DNA of 63,095 nucleotides, filler included, from Saprolegnia diclina VS20 (lineage: Eukaryota), in the NCBI RefSeq assembly GCF_000281045.1. It is 4 parts of 2 records of this genome, joined end to end, with 100 filler letters (N's around TTAATTAATTAA, not from the genome) between each part and the next. Parts side by side here need not be neighbours in the genome. Positions count along the whole stretch, not along the records: positions 30,507 to 54,277 come from NW_008246086.1; positions 54,378 to 59,406 come from NW_008246086.1; positions 59,507 to 63,095 come from NW_008246086.1; 1 more part is not named here. One strand, 5' to 3'. Each line of letters starts with the position of its first letter. The stretch's first letter is position 1. The notes beneath the pieces are model-generated. The model saw only the letters and a list, made by a program, of their open reading frames with translations. It made no database searches and was not told the origin of the DNA. Positions 50,818-63,095 of this stretch are shown here, piece by piece. A program made the position numbers and the translations under genes.

Positions 50818-53800
50818 TCATGCCGAGTAGGGCAGCGGGATGGCGGTGCCAACGACGACGAGACCTGCAAACGGCTGGAGCTGGCTCGCGCTCAGCCCGA
50901 GCTTGCGTTGGGCCAAGAGCATTGCTCGCCGCTTGGCACTCTCGTCAAGGCGCTGCTCGCAGAGCGCGAGCGCTTCGATGCGGCGCGCGATCTTTTGGAC
51001 CCGCGCCACATCACGGGCCCGTCGACTCTGCGCCCGCGCGCCAACTGCCCGCGCTTGGAGTAGTGCCACGCGCCGCCGTTCGGCGTGGAGCGCGATCGTC
51101 GCTGCCATCGCTGTCTTGACGGCCGCGTCGACAACGTCCGTCGACTGCCGCTCAAGGCGCGCAAACGTCACGCGCTGGATCGTGCGTCGCGCCGTCTCTT
51201 GCTTGGCCTCGCGCACGTCGTCTCGACGGTCGGCAGCGTTTCCATGGCGCATGGCTGCGACGAACCCGCGCTCGGCCCGCGCGTCGGCGAGGTATTTCTA
51301 CATGCAAATGATCAAGGTTTCAATCTTTCAATGTGGCAGAGTGCAATTTCGTACCTGCCGCCCGGCGACGAGTGCGCGTGCGAGGAGGTGCGACCGCGCG
51401 CGCTGCGTCCGAGCAATCGATGTGCGCAAGCCTGCGCTCTCCATGCCGTACGCGTACGTCAGTCGACGCGCCTCTTCCCTGCTCGCGAGCCGCCGACGCA
51501 CAATCTCGCCTTGGGCGGCAAAGAAAATGGCGGCCGCGACCTTGTCGGCCATATATAAAAGACGCTTCTCGTCGGCGCGCAAAAGACGAAACTCAAGATG
51601 CGCCCGAAGCGACTCGGTGGCAAACTGCACGCGGAGGCGCGCGGCGTCACGCTTCGCAGCCGCTTCGTCGGCGCCGGCGCGGATCGCCGCCAGATGCAGC
51701 GCCCGACGGATCTCGGCCGACCGAAGCCGCACAAACGAGCGCGACCGAAGGCACTGGGCACGAAACTGCGCTGTATGGTCCCGCCGCTCGCGCACGCGCT
51801 GTGTATGGAGCCAGCGCGCATGCGCCGCCTGGGCTTGCGCATGTTGCAGCTCGGCGACCCGGAGCGCGGCGAGCNNNNNNNNNNNNNNNNNNNNNNNNNN
51901 NNNNNNNNNNNNNNNNNNNNNNNNNNNNNNNNNNNNNNNNNNNNNNNNNNNNNNNNNNNNNNNNNNNNNNNNNNNNNNNNNNNNNNNNNNNNNNNNNNNN
52001 NNNNNNNNNNNNNNNNNNNNNNNNNNNNNNNNNNNNNNNNNNNNNNNNNNNNNNNNNNNNNNNNNNNNNNNNNNNNNNNNNNNNNNNNNNNNNNNNNNNN
52101 NNNNNNNNNNNNNNNNNNNNNNNNNNNNNNNNNNNNNNNNNNNNNNNNNNNNNNNNNNNNNNNNNNNNNNNNNNNNNNNNNNNNNNNNNNNNNNNNNNNN
52201 NNNNNNNNNNNNNNNNNNNNNNNNNNNNNNNNNNNNNNNNNNNNNNNNNNNNNNNNNNNNNNNNNNNNNNNNNNNNNNNNNNNNNNNNNNNNNNNNNNNN
52301 NNNNNNNNNNNNNNNNNNNNNNNNNNNNNNNNNNNNNNNNNNNNNNNNNNNNNNNNNNNNNNNNNNNNNNNNNNNNNNNNNNNNNNNNNNNNNNNNNNNN
52401 NNNNNNNNNNNNNNNNNNNNNNNNNNNNNNNNNNNNNNNNNNNNNNNNNNNNNNNNNNNNNNNNNNNNNNNNNNNNNNNNNNNNNNNNNNNNNNNNNNNN
52501 NNNNNNNNNNNNNNNNNNNNNNNNNNNNNNNNNNNNNNNNNNNNNNNNNNNNNNNNNNNNNNNNNNNNNNNNNNNNNNNNNNNNNNNNNNNNNNNNNNNN
52601 NNNNNNNNNNNNNNNNNNNNNNNNNNNNNNNNNNNNNNNNNNNNNNNNNNNNNNNNNNNNNNNNNNNNNNNNNNNNNNNNNNNNNNNNNNNNNNNNNNNN
52701 NNNNNNNNNNNNNNNNNNNNNNNNNNNNNNNNNNNNNNNNNNNNNNNNNNNNNNNNNNNNNNNNNNNNNNNNNNNNNNNNNNNNNNNNNNNNNNNNNNNN
52801 NNNNNNNNNNNNNNNNNNNNNNNNNNNNNGCCTCCCGCGCGAGGTACTTGGTCGTCAAGTAAACAGATCGCACGTAGTTGCCATGGCGGCCCGCGAGGAG
52901 CCGGCGCTTGTCGAGCACGATGAGCCGGCGGACTTCGGCGCGCGCCAGCCGTTGCTGCAAGTCGTGCGTCGCCAGCGTCTACATGCAAACCAACGTTTCG
53001 TCGAGTGTAGTCGCATGAATGCAGTATCCTACCGCGTACTGGTCGTGGAGCGACGCCACGTCGGCCGCGATGCTCTTCGCGCGCTCCAAAATGCTGCCGG
53101 CGCGCGCGCTCTTCTCATGCAGGAGCGCAATGCGCGCAGCACTCGCCGCTGCGATGCGCCGCGACGAGGCTTCCCACAGACTCTCGTCCGCGACCGGCGT
53201 CGAAGAATCAATGGTCGGCTCCATAAATGCGACCGCCGTGCGCTGCTTGGCCGCCACATAGGCACTGCGGCGGGCCTCAGCGTCGTGCAAGCGCTCGGCG
53301 GCGCGGACGCTCCGCGCCTTGCGACTTGCGGCTGCGGCGTCGCGTCGTAGCAAGAGGGCGTGGGCGACATGGTCGTTGTGCGCTCGGGCTGCGCGTTGCC
53401 GCGTCTCGAGGAGCGCACGGCGGTTGCGTGTCGCAGTTGCGAGCTTATCGTCGACGCTCTGGTCGTACCGATACGCGAGAAGCGGCGTTTGCACGGACGC
53501 TAGCACATGCGGCCACACCTCGCGCTTCTTCCACGCGACGATCCACGCCATGGGCGGTAGCCGCCCGACGTCGCGGCTCGGCGACGGCGCTTCCGGTGGC
53601 GCTTCGTCTTCCTCGAGGACGATATTACCGAGCACGACTGGCTCGTCGTCGTCTTGGTTGTTGTCCTTGGCGCCATCTTCAGCCTTCTCGGGGCTCAGTG
53701 GCGGCGCTGGCTCCTTCTCGTCCGTCTCGTCCTCTTCCTGCGGCCCGTGGCCGTCGTCCTGGTTGACCTCTTGCGGCTCGAGGCGGACGCCCTTGCTCGG

Positions 53801-53848
53801 AAGAACGGACGGCGCCGAGGCGCGTCGGGCGGCGCGGCTCCGAAGCAT
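50818..53848 (-). CDS. Hypothetical Ala/Arg-rich coiled-coil protein, spans an N gap
   Basis: Collinear minus-strand ORFs (52979-53848, 51328-51795, 50818-51252) of helical AR-rich composition with an acidic N-terminal tract. Confidence 0.5.
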
Positions 53849-55732
53849 TCGCGACCGATTAAAAATGGAAAAACACTCGGAAAACCTTCCAAATGCGCGG
53901 GTGTTTCGCGCTATTTCAAGCCAGGGGTTGCGTATGACGTGGCAGCACCAGGAGCCAGCACGACAAAACCACCCAACGACCCTTTAGAAAGTGCGGATCT
54001 GTGATCCAAGAAATGTACAAAGCCGTACGCAATGAAGTCGGCACTTGACGAGGTAGACGCTGAGCTGACATGGTATCAAGTTATAGGCAAGCCTTGCATA
54101 TGTACACGAGTGTACCTTGTCGTACTCGAGCGATCTCGATTGAGACTTGGCCAAAGCAACCCGCGTGAGGTCGAGGTCGTAGTAAGATGAAGGACAACTT
54201 GGACCTTGAGCAAGCGAAACAAGAGATTGAGAAAATGGAGTGTTGTTGATTGATTAGTTGGGGTCGATAACTAGTTTNNNNNNNNNNNNNNNNNNNNNNN
54301 NNNNNNNNNNNNNNNNNNNNNTTAATTAATTAANNNNNNNNNNNNNNNNNNNNNNNNNNNNNNNNNNNNNNNNNNNNTCCATGCTGATATTCCTCGATTT
54401 ACGATCCCCGACGGACCATATATCCGTTTGGCATGACGAAACCGTCGTCACATGGTGGACACATGTGTTTTCAGTCAAGAAGGGAGCTTCTTGGTAGGTT
54501 TCGCCGCCTATCATGGCTCATCACTGCCCACCGTTTGTCACTCGGCGTGTGGGGTTTTGCATGCGTCGCCTCAAGGGATTAGCCCTTGGCGATGACGTTT
54601 TCCCCACACACACTAGACCAGCGAGAGCCGACTCGCACACCCACAGCTAACCGGTTCAGCTAACCGGTTAGCTAGCCGGATCATCTAACCGATTTCGTCA
54701 ATCGGTTAGCCAGCCCTGCTCTCACCGGCAGCCCACTCTCTCAGGGCTTGGTCGCACAACGTCGAGGCTACTGCAAGCCCATCGCTGCAGACCCAGACTT
54801 GTGCGTCTAGACACGCACAGCCACGCTCAGCCACCAGTCTCGGCTGTCCCCGCTTTGCTAATATACACCGAGCCTGGTCAGCTCACTTCCTCTTTTGGTT
54901 TCCCGACCACAAGTGCTTTTTCTCGTGTGTTCTCCCATCGCAACTGGTTATGAGCCCATATCAACGCTTCCGCTGCTGCTCCGACGCCCGCCGTCTCTGC
55001 AGGTGCAGGTATTTTGCTCTTTGCCGTAGCGTTTTCATTTGCTGAATTTTCGCAGCAACCCTTTCCNNNNNNNNNNNNNNNNNNNNNNNNNNNNNNNNNN
55101 NNNNNNNNNNNNNNNNNNNNNNNNNNNNNNNNNNNNNNNNNNNNNNNNNNNNNNNNNNNNNNNNNNNNNNNNNNNNNNNNNNNNNNNNNNNNNNNNNNNN
55201 NNNNNNNNNNNNNNNNNNNNNNNNNNNNNNNNNNNNNNNNNNNNNNNNNNNNNNNNNNNNNNNNNNNNNNNNNNNNNNNNNNNNNNNNNNNNNNNNNNNN
55301 NNNNNNNNNNNNNNNNNNNNNNNNNNNNNNNNNNNNNNNNNNNNNNNNNNNNNNNNNNNNNNNNNNNNNNNNNNNNNNNNNNNNNNNNNNNNNNNNNNNN
55401 NNNNNNNNNNNNNNNNNNNNNNNNNNNNNNNNNNNNNNNNNNNNNNNNNNNNNNNNNNNNNNNNNNNNNNNNNNNNNNNNNNNNNNNNNNNNNNNNNNNN
55501 NNNNNNNNNNNNNNNNNNNNNNNNNNNNNNNNNNNNNNNNNNNNNNNNNNNNNNNNNNNNNNNNNNNNNNNNNNNNNNNNNNNNNNNNNNNNNNNNNNNN
55601 NNNNNNNNNNNNNNNNNNNNNNNNNNNNNNNNNNNNNNNNNNNNNNNNNNNNNNNNNNNNNNNNNNNNNNNNNNNNNNNNNNNNNNNNNNNNNNNNNNNN
55701 NNNNNNNNNNNNNNNNNNNNNNNNNNNNNNNN

Positions 55733-55906
55733 ATGCAAAAAGGCGCCGCAGTACTTGCCAGAAGTGCCCGTGGGGCTCGCGGCAGAGCAGTGGCCCGTGG
55801 TTGCACACACTTGGCACGTGGATGGAATGGTGCTGTTGTCAGCGCAGACCAAGAGGGCGACCAGACCAAGAAGTACAAGGGCTGCGCAATGATGGGATGT
55901 TGGCAT
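55733..55906 (-). CDS. Cys-rich signal-peptide protein, paralog 1 (3' part in gap)
   Basis: 'MPTSHHCAALVLLGLVALLVCA-DNSTIPSTCQVCATTGHCSAASPTGTSGKYCG'. Confidence 0.65.
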
Positions 55907-55910
55907 GGTG

Positions 55911-55930
55911 CCGTGAAATGCGGAATAGCG
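55911..55930 (-). promoter_or_regulatory. Oomycete INR/FPR-like core promoter element (similar at ~57940-57956; shared CCAAT motifs at ~56090 and ~58076)
   Basis: GCTATTCCGCATTTC and GCCATTGCGCATTTC lie just upstream of both paralog ATGs. TTGACCAATCATTGAAGC is conserved further upstream. Confidence 0.45.
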
Positions 55931-57497
55931 CGATGGCAAAAAGGCCGCGCGGCGAAAATTCAGCAAGCGACAAAAGCCATTCGCACACCGCAGTGGCGCG
56001 GACCTCGCAAGATTCGACACCAGAGGAGCGATCGATTGTGCGCTACCGGTACCAAACCTGATTCTACTTGTACAAAGCAAGGGCATTGACCAATCATTGA
56101 AGCACGAACCCGTGCTTGGCGCATCAGTTTTGTGAACAGAGGTGCGCGCGGTCGTACCATCATGCATGTTGTCGCTTGTGAGCAAACGCAGCGCCATGCA
56201 CGGTGGTTCTGTCGCACAGCCCGCGACATTGAAATGAAAACTGAAAGGCAGAGTGCTGCTGTTGCCGTTAGCATACACAAGAGGCGCCACCAGAAGTAAC
56301 AACGCATTGAGAAGGTATGATCGGACATTGGCATGACGATNNNNNNNNNNNNNNNNNNNNNNNNNNNNNNNNNNNNNNNNNNNNNNNNNNNNNNNNNNNN
56401 NNNNNNNNNNNNNNNNNNNNNNNNNNNNNNNNNNNNNNNNNNNNNNNNNNNNNNNNNNNNNNNNNNNNNNNNNNNNNNNNNNNNNNNNNNNNNNNNNNNN
56501 NNNNNNNNNNNNNNNNNNNNNNNNNNNNNNNNNNNNNNNNNNNNNNNNNNNNNNNNNNNNNNNNNNNNNNNNNNNNNNNNNNNNNNNNNNNNNNNNNNNN
56601 NNNNNNNNNNNNNNNNNNNNNNNNNNNNNNNNNNNNNNNNNNNNNNNNNNNNNNNNNNNNNNNNNNNNNNNNNNNNNNNNNNNNNNNNNNNNNNNNNNNN
56701 NNNNNNNNNNNNNNNNNNNNNNNNNNNNNNNNNNNNNNNNNNNNNNNNNNNNNNNNNNNNNNNNNNNNNNNNNNNNNNNNNNNNNNNNNNNNNNNNNNNN
56801 NNNNNNNNNNNNNNNNNNNNNNNNNNNNNNNNNNNNNNNNNNNNNNNNNNNNNNNNNNNNNNNNNNNNNNNNNNNNNNNNNNNNNNNNNNNNNNNNNNNN
56901 NNNNNNNNNNNNNNNNNNNNNNNNNNNNNNNNNNNNNNNNNNNNNNNNNNNNNNNNNNNNNNNNNNNNNNNNNNNNCGATAACGTTCTGTCGTTTACACT
57001 CTTATGCGGCTTCACATTGCGTGTCCCCACTGGTTTGTCTATCATCGGTGCTTGCGACCCGCCACCAGCACCCGAGCTGACCCGAGCCGGTCGACTCGGA
57101 ACCGGTGCGAGATTCAATGGCATGCGGAATGAATCTGGCCCGATGACTCGTTTTTGAGGCGATGTGTCGCAGTTGGTGTTGAACGATCGACTGGAATGCA
57201 TGTGTTTATCTATGTGATGCAAAGACGCAGCACCCGTAAAAACTATTGTACCCGTCGCTTTCACCCAAATAAAGCCTATAAATCGCTGGCACCAAATGCT
57301 GTCACGTTCAAGAAAAAATGATGGTTGACGCAGGAAGGAGGACAACAACAAGTTGTCATTGTCGCCGCTTCCTCTGGAGTCACATATACGTGCCTGTATG
57401 TCTTTCTTTATGTTTTTGGTACCACGTGTCGGATTAGAAACGATCTATGCGCCCATAGACTTGGCAATAGTACACAAATGGTTTGCAAACTACTTCG

Positions 57498-57932
57498 CTA
57501 AATGAGACTAAATACATTCCGCGCGCTTGTCGTATGCGGCGTTCTCAAGCATCTCGACCGCTTCACTGTGCTACGGCGCGCCGCTTGAGGCTTGGCGTGC
57601 TTGCTCGTCGCGGGCGGCCGCTCGTGCTGCCCGTTCTCGTGCGCGACGCTCATGCCGTCGTTGCAGGCTNNNNNNNNNNNNNNNNNNNNNNNNNNNNNNN
57701 NNNNNNNNNNNNNNNNNNNNNNNNNNNNNNNNNNNNNNNNNNNNNNNNNNNNNNNNNNNNNNNNNNNNNAAGTGCCCGTGGGGCTCGCGGCAGAGCAGTG
57801 GCCCGTGGTTGCACACACTTGACACGCTGAAGGAATACTAGTAGTCACCATCGCGCTGCTGCTGTTGTCAGCGCAGACCACGATGGCAACCAGGCCAATA
57901 AGAAGGGTCAAGCAATGAAGGGATGGTGGCAT
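57498..57932 (-). CDS. Cys-rich signal-peptide protein, paralog 2 (interrupted by gap; 3' end uncertain)
   Basis: 'MPPSLHCLTLLIGLVAIVVCA-DNSS…SACQVCATTGHCSAASPTGT'. Confidence 0.6.
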   Translation of the reverse strand: MPPSLHCLTLLIGLVAIVVCADNSSSAMVTTSIPSACQVCATTGHCSAASPTGTXXXXXXXXXXXXXXXXXXXXXXXXXXXXXXXXXXACNDGMSVAHENGQHERPPATSKHAKPQAARRSTVKRSRCLRTPHTTSARNVFSLI

Positions 57933-58360
57933 GATGCAGTGAAATGCGCAATGGCAGAAGGCCGCGCGAAGAAAATTCAGCTAGCGACAAAACCAAGAGG
58001 ACCTTGCAAGATTCGACAAAAAAGGAGTTATCGATGGTGACCGCCCAGATCGGAGCCGCAAAGAAAGGGTTTTGACCAATCATTGAAGCGCGGACCTGTG
58101 GTTGGACATCTGTTTTGGGGAGGTACGCGCGGTTGTACCGTCATAAAAGCTGCATTGTAGAATGACAAGTCGCGTGCGACGGATCGCAAATGCAGCGCTG
58201 TGGCTGTGCATGATGATCCTGCAGTCGGCAACGCGTCGGGTGTCTTTGCAATACAAAATCTGCTGTCCAGGACTCGACGCTTGAAGCGACTAGAAACGAG
58301 AAGCGATAGACTAGAATATTTCATTATTGTTCACATACACATACAAGTACTCGTGCGCTG

Positions 58361-59023
58361 TCATAGGGTCGCGTCTTTGGTGAATGTGGGAATCGTCGAG
58401 ACGAAAATGGCTTGGGGATATTGATCGAATTCACGCTGCCGAGCTTCTTCTTCGCGCGCGAGCCGACGAGCCTCGTATACGCGGTCGCTCTCGAGTCGTC
58501 GCATATCAGCGGCCGCCCTCGCCGCAGATGCACGAGCTTTAGCTTCGGCAGCACGAGCTTCAGCTTCAGCTTCGGCGTCGTCGACCGTTGGGGCGCCAAT
58601 TGCATTGCATGTTGCATATCGCTCTTCGATCCACGTCTCGTCGGCGGTGCCAAAGCAATGACAACACAGCGTGCAGAGAATGAAGACGAGGCCTGGCACG
58701 AGAAAGAACCCGCCAAGAATCCACAACGTCAGGTCCGCCGGGGGCGTTGGGGGCGCCGGCGTCGGCCCTTCGCAAAGACAGAGTGTGTCACGACCGGCGA
58801 CCGGACAAGCTTGAGCTATAGCACAGCAGCACCACTGCGGCACGAGTGTATTCTTGCTGGCAAAGGTGCCGCAATATTTGCCGGCGTCGCCATGCCAGCT
58901 TGCACTGGCGCAGCTGCCGTTCGTCGCACACTCATAGCATGGAAAGTGCGCTGCAGTTGGTACCGGCGCAATGGCAGACACGGCGACGATGAGAGCGGCG
59001 AGGAGGAATTGAACCCGCGACAT
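58361..59023 (-). CDS. Cys-rich type I membrane protein, paralog 3 (complete)
   Basis: Signal peptide, then CYEC…C…GKYCG…CCC…C…CLC, a Pro-rich stalk, TM 'LWILGGFFLVPGLVFILCTLCCHC', and a coiled-coil cytoplasmic tail. Confidence 0.75.
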   Translation of the reverse strand: MSRVQFLLAALIVAVSAIAPVPTAAHFPCYECATNGSCASASWHGDAGKYCGTFASKNTLVPQWCCCAIAQACPVAGRDTLCLCEGPTPAPPTPPADLTLWILGGFFLVPGLVFILCTLCCHCFGTADETWIEERYATCNAIGAPTVDDAEAEAEARAAEAKARASAARAAADMRRLESDRVYEARRLAREEEARQREFDQYPQAIFVSTIPTFTKDATL

Positions 59024-59506
59024 TGAAATGAAAACTGGAAGGCTGAGTGCCACGACACGGATGCGCGATATTCAGTGACGAGTCAGATTCTTGACAACCA
59101 CTATGTTCAGAAACACGCGTCTGTATCAAGACGCGTGCGATGCATTGATGTGGCTACTGTGCAGCTCGTTGGCAACGTTTCCCGCCACGAAACACGTACG
59201 CCAAGGAAACAAGGAGCCAAGCTATAAGTATATAGTTGCAACAAAGAAACAGCACTAGATAGCGTTTGATTGTACTGTATGTGGCACACCTGTACACAGC
59301 ACCGTTCTCGTTCCATGCTGATATTCCTCGATTTACGATCCCCGACGGACCATATATCCGTTTGGCATGACGAAACCGTCGTCACATGGTGGACACATGT
59401 GTTTTCNNNNNNNNNNNNNNNNNNNNNNNNNNNNNNNNNNNNNNNNNNNNTTAATTAATTAANNNNNNNNNNNNNNNNNNNNNNNNNNNNNNNNNNNNNN
59501 NNNNNN

Positions 59507-62500
59507 CCCGAGGTCCTGACAGGAATTGTGAAGGCCTTCCGCCTATTGCCCCTGAGCAAGCTCGCCATTGTGAAGCAGTCGAGTCGCGTTCCATTTGATG
59601 CCATGTTAATACCAGGAAGCTCGAGATTGCTGCGCCACGAGCCGTTGATGCCGAGTGGTGGCAAATGCTGGAGCTGTGGGCGTCTCCAGCACCTTGAGCT
59701 TGGGTGCCCACTGGGCGTTGCTGGGGTGCTGCAGGTACGCAGAGCCACGTCGATACAAGGCGGCGCTGGCCACTCGGCACAATGTACACTGGCGACTGCG
59801 GTCGGCGTCGACGGCGCGAGATCGTACTCGTCGTCTTCGACGCCCAAGCTTCCGACGTCCAAATCGAAAGTGTCGTTTCTGCCGTCTACGTCGGTGGGCG
59901 CAGAGAAGAGAGCGGCGAGAGACTCGGCCGCAGATGCCAGTGCGGCCCTGGGCTCCTCGAAACCTGCTGCTGGCGCATGTTGGGCCGGTGTCGCGTTGCC
60001 AGCAGTAAGCGTCGTCGTACTCTGCGCCGCAGGCGACACGCCATCACGATCCCTTGCTGGCACGAGATCGTTTCCGTCCCCCGTGGCAAGTGCGGCGACG
60101 GTTGCCGCTGGAAGCAGCCGGTGCGTTCTTGCCGATGTCATGGCGTCGACCCAGTGACCGAGTTGCATGCCAATCGACCACTCGGGTGCGCTCGGCACAA
60201 TGAACGCCGCCGACATGATCGTCGTGCCGTGGATCGCGTCGTACGTGCGCAGACTGACAACAATATGGTCCGCCGAGTTGAATACAAATCGAGCGGCCCT
60301 CAGTGGTCCACGCTTTGGGGGCGTGAGAGCCGACTTGTTCCAGCCGACGGTCCACGCAACGCTGCCAAGGCGCCAGCCGCGCCTCGCGTCGCACCGTTGA
60401 CAAGCAGGCGCACCAGAGAAGCGCATCGCCAGAGAAGACGCGCACGAGACCAGTCTTGCTGCTGTAACAAAGCTTGATCGTGTGGGGCTTCTTGACGACC
60501 GTCTTGGCCTNNNNNNNNNNNNNNNNNNNNNNNNNNNNNNNNNNNNNNNNNNNNNNNNNNNNNNNNNNNNNNNNNNNNNNNNNNNNNNNNNNNNNNNNNN
60601 NNNNNNNNNNCAACGAGGCCTTGCGACAGAGTCGTCGACGTCGACGGGCGCCGAGCTGGCGCGTGCCCAAGTAGGTATCGTCAACGGCGTCCAGGCGGCA
60701 AGCGCTCGTGGTCGCTTGGATCGTCGTCGTCGAGCTCGGGCTCGTCATGTCTTCTGCAGCCGTGCGAATCGCCCGTGATCCAAGCCTATTCACTATTAGA
60801 GGTAACCTCTCGAAGCCTATATCGCAAAACATCAGGTGCGTGAAGCTCCTGCTGGCGTAGCCAGGCAAGCTGCGGCCTCCCGCGCGCCATGGCTGTGGCA
60901 TAGTGTTGTTGCTGTCTCATGTTTTTCCACGCAGGACGATCATTTACATTAGCGGCTGTCGAGTTGGCTGGGCTGACCAATGCATCGCCATCGTCGAGCA
61001 ACCAAAGGTCTTTGTACTGTGCGTAGCTAGCATCACTTCGTTCGCCGTGCTTGAAAGGTCGTGCAGCGCCAAGGACCTAGCGCATCGTGGTTCGTTGGCG
61101 CCTACTGGAACATTCGGCCCATGCTTTCGCTGTCTCCAGCACATCCACATTCATCAACCATGATCACCAACCCACAAATCCTGAGCTTCAAGTCGGTAAG
61201 GAACTTGGTGCGCGCGCGCTTGAGCGTCACAAGTCGCCCGATGTCCAACAGTGTCCAGCCTACGAGCGTGCGGTACACGCGGCGGTTCAAGTTCGCCTGT
61301 GCCCTTGGCGAGTATCTTCTTGCGTGATGACGCGCCAAGTATCGGAGCGATCTGCTTGGCACTTCCGCGCTCACCTTCCTCCTGTGCTCCGGAGATGAAT
61401 GGCTCATTCTAAGACGCTCGTTGCTGCCATGTCCTTGCGATATCGACAAGCATCGAGGCGCCGACATGGCCTGTCGCTCACGGACCATCGACCTTGAACG
61501 CTTCTGCAGCATCCACAGCCGTCACTCGACGCTCTGCAGCGCCGCATGCGCCCACGAAGCACCGACTACTGCATGCTGCCCGCGCGCTCTGTGGACGATG
61601 AACCAACGGTCATGGACGCTCCGCGGACCACCAGCATGGCGACCACGACCCAGGGTGTCGAGCTCACGAGCGCAGGACCCCGGCTCGGGACCATGCTCAT
61701 CGCTAAAGGCCAAGAGCATCCTCGTCGGCGCTGCCAGTCGATGACGGCTTCAACGTTGGTACCTGTCGAGACGGGATCACCTGCAGACGCGTCGCATTAG
61801 ACCAGTGGGAACGAACGAGAGATCATGGTGTTGAAGTCGTCAAGACGGAAACCGTTTGATAGGATTCGGCATAACCGCGGGTCTTTGCACATCTGCCAAA
61901 AATACCATGCCCATATGCCACCTCGACGACCCAACGGGGAACGTCGTGTACGACGTCGCGCCTGACGCGCATGGCACGGACAGTACGTCCACGGTAATGA
62001 CATCCATGGCGCTAACCAGGTAGCGCAGGCATGGCCGAGCTGGCGACCTTGCTGCAGCGGGCGCAAGCGGTGACGCCGGCGACGTCGACGTTCTCTCGGC
62101 GTCTCGGGCCGGATCCTACTATCAAGGTATTTAGATGGACGGACTTCATTACGATGTAGGGCGAACTAACTCGCACATGATCGACCTTCTCAAGCTCACG
62201 GACGTCGACGGAGCCGGCTTTGGAAAGCGCTACTACTTTGTTTGACGACGGGGTCGTTGTCGACCATCTTAACGAGTACGAACGAGAGCATGCCGGCTAC
62301 GCGTAGCGCCGTTCTCGAGCTTCACGAGCCATGCGGCAAGTGGGCACTCGGCGCCATTCGGAAGCGCGCCTGGCCTGTCAAACCGCGCAGTAGTCTTCAT
62401 CGACGGCGCCTGATACACAGCAGCAAAGCGGCAACTGAGTGCGCACGGGCTCGAGCGTTGCTTTGTTGGTGAATGTCGCCAACGTCGTCGACATTCTGCG

Positions 62501-62700
62501 AGGCGGGCAGTCATTGACGTCGGTCGAAGTATCGGTGCCGAGGTTGACCATGACGTCGACAGCACCGAAATGAGGCGAAGGAGGTCGTTGATGGCGGCCT
62601 GCTGAGTCGCGATGAGGCAGACGGCCGTGGCTTGGATGGACTTTGCCATACCAGACGTCACCGTCTGGTCGCAGCAATGGCGCGCTGGTGACGGCGGCCT
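59507..62700 (-). other. Degenerate, fragmented coding-like sequence, possibly a retroelement ORF1 relic
   Basis: Only broken Ala/Asp-rich ORF pieces; no diagnostic motif recognised. Confidence 0.2.
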
Positions 62701-63095
62701 TGTCTGTCTCGTAACCCTATCCGCGCCGACGGTTCAAGTTGCGTGTGGCCAGCCTGCGTACTGCGCTATTGCTCGTCTTTAGTCAATCAATGCTCGATGC
62801 TACTAGTATTGCGAGCTCTCTGGGCCGAAAAGGATCGAGTCGCTGGCTTGTGTATACCATGCACAGCCGTCGAAGCGACGTGCACGTGTGAGCGAGGCAA
62901 AGCTGTGCCCATACCCTAAGACCATCATTCCAATTCACTTCGAAATGCGCCACGTCATCGGTCGATATGATCGAGTTGACTGCATACAAAACGCCTAACA
63001 TCTTCAGATCGAGAGGGATCTTTCTGACAGTCCGACACAATTCAAAGGCTTTTTGGCGACTTTGCACCCCAATACAATAACGTTTCGTATACTTT

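Noticed and set aside
50840..57351. Very long ORFs containing X runs
   Set aside because: Artefacts of translating through N gaps.

Overview
Eukaryotic, GC-rich genomic DNA with short GT-AG introns. Gene content and compact architecture suggest an oomycete, probably Saprolegniales; this is an inference, not an identification. The window is a draft assembly: N-flanked TTAATTAATTAA linkers at ~30451, ~54322 and ~59451 join unrelated scaffolds. 1-15.7 kb is a dense conserved gene block: folate-biopterin transporter, two SPX-EXS (XPR1/PHO1-like) genes flanking a CHD1L/ALC1 remodeller, an Era GTPase, a PDZ protein with NPF/DPF motifs, two tandem PLOD-type glycosyltransferases and tRNA-Arg(TCT). 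15.7-30.4 kb holds a 43-bp hairpin, an intact 1635-aa Helitron RepHel ORF with an apparent CTAG|TC head-to-tail junction, and scrambled GCN1 pseudogene fragments. 30.5-37.4 kb is a graveyard of copia, LINE, DUF2009, PAK1IP1 and EDC4 fragments. It is followed by a divergent ATM-like PIKK, a NUDCD1-like gene and hypothetical genes. 54.3-59.4 kb is a scaffold with identical ends carrying a family of small Cys-rich signal-peptide proteins. All family calls come from motif recognition, not database searches.
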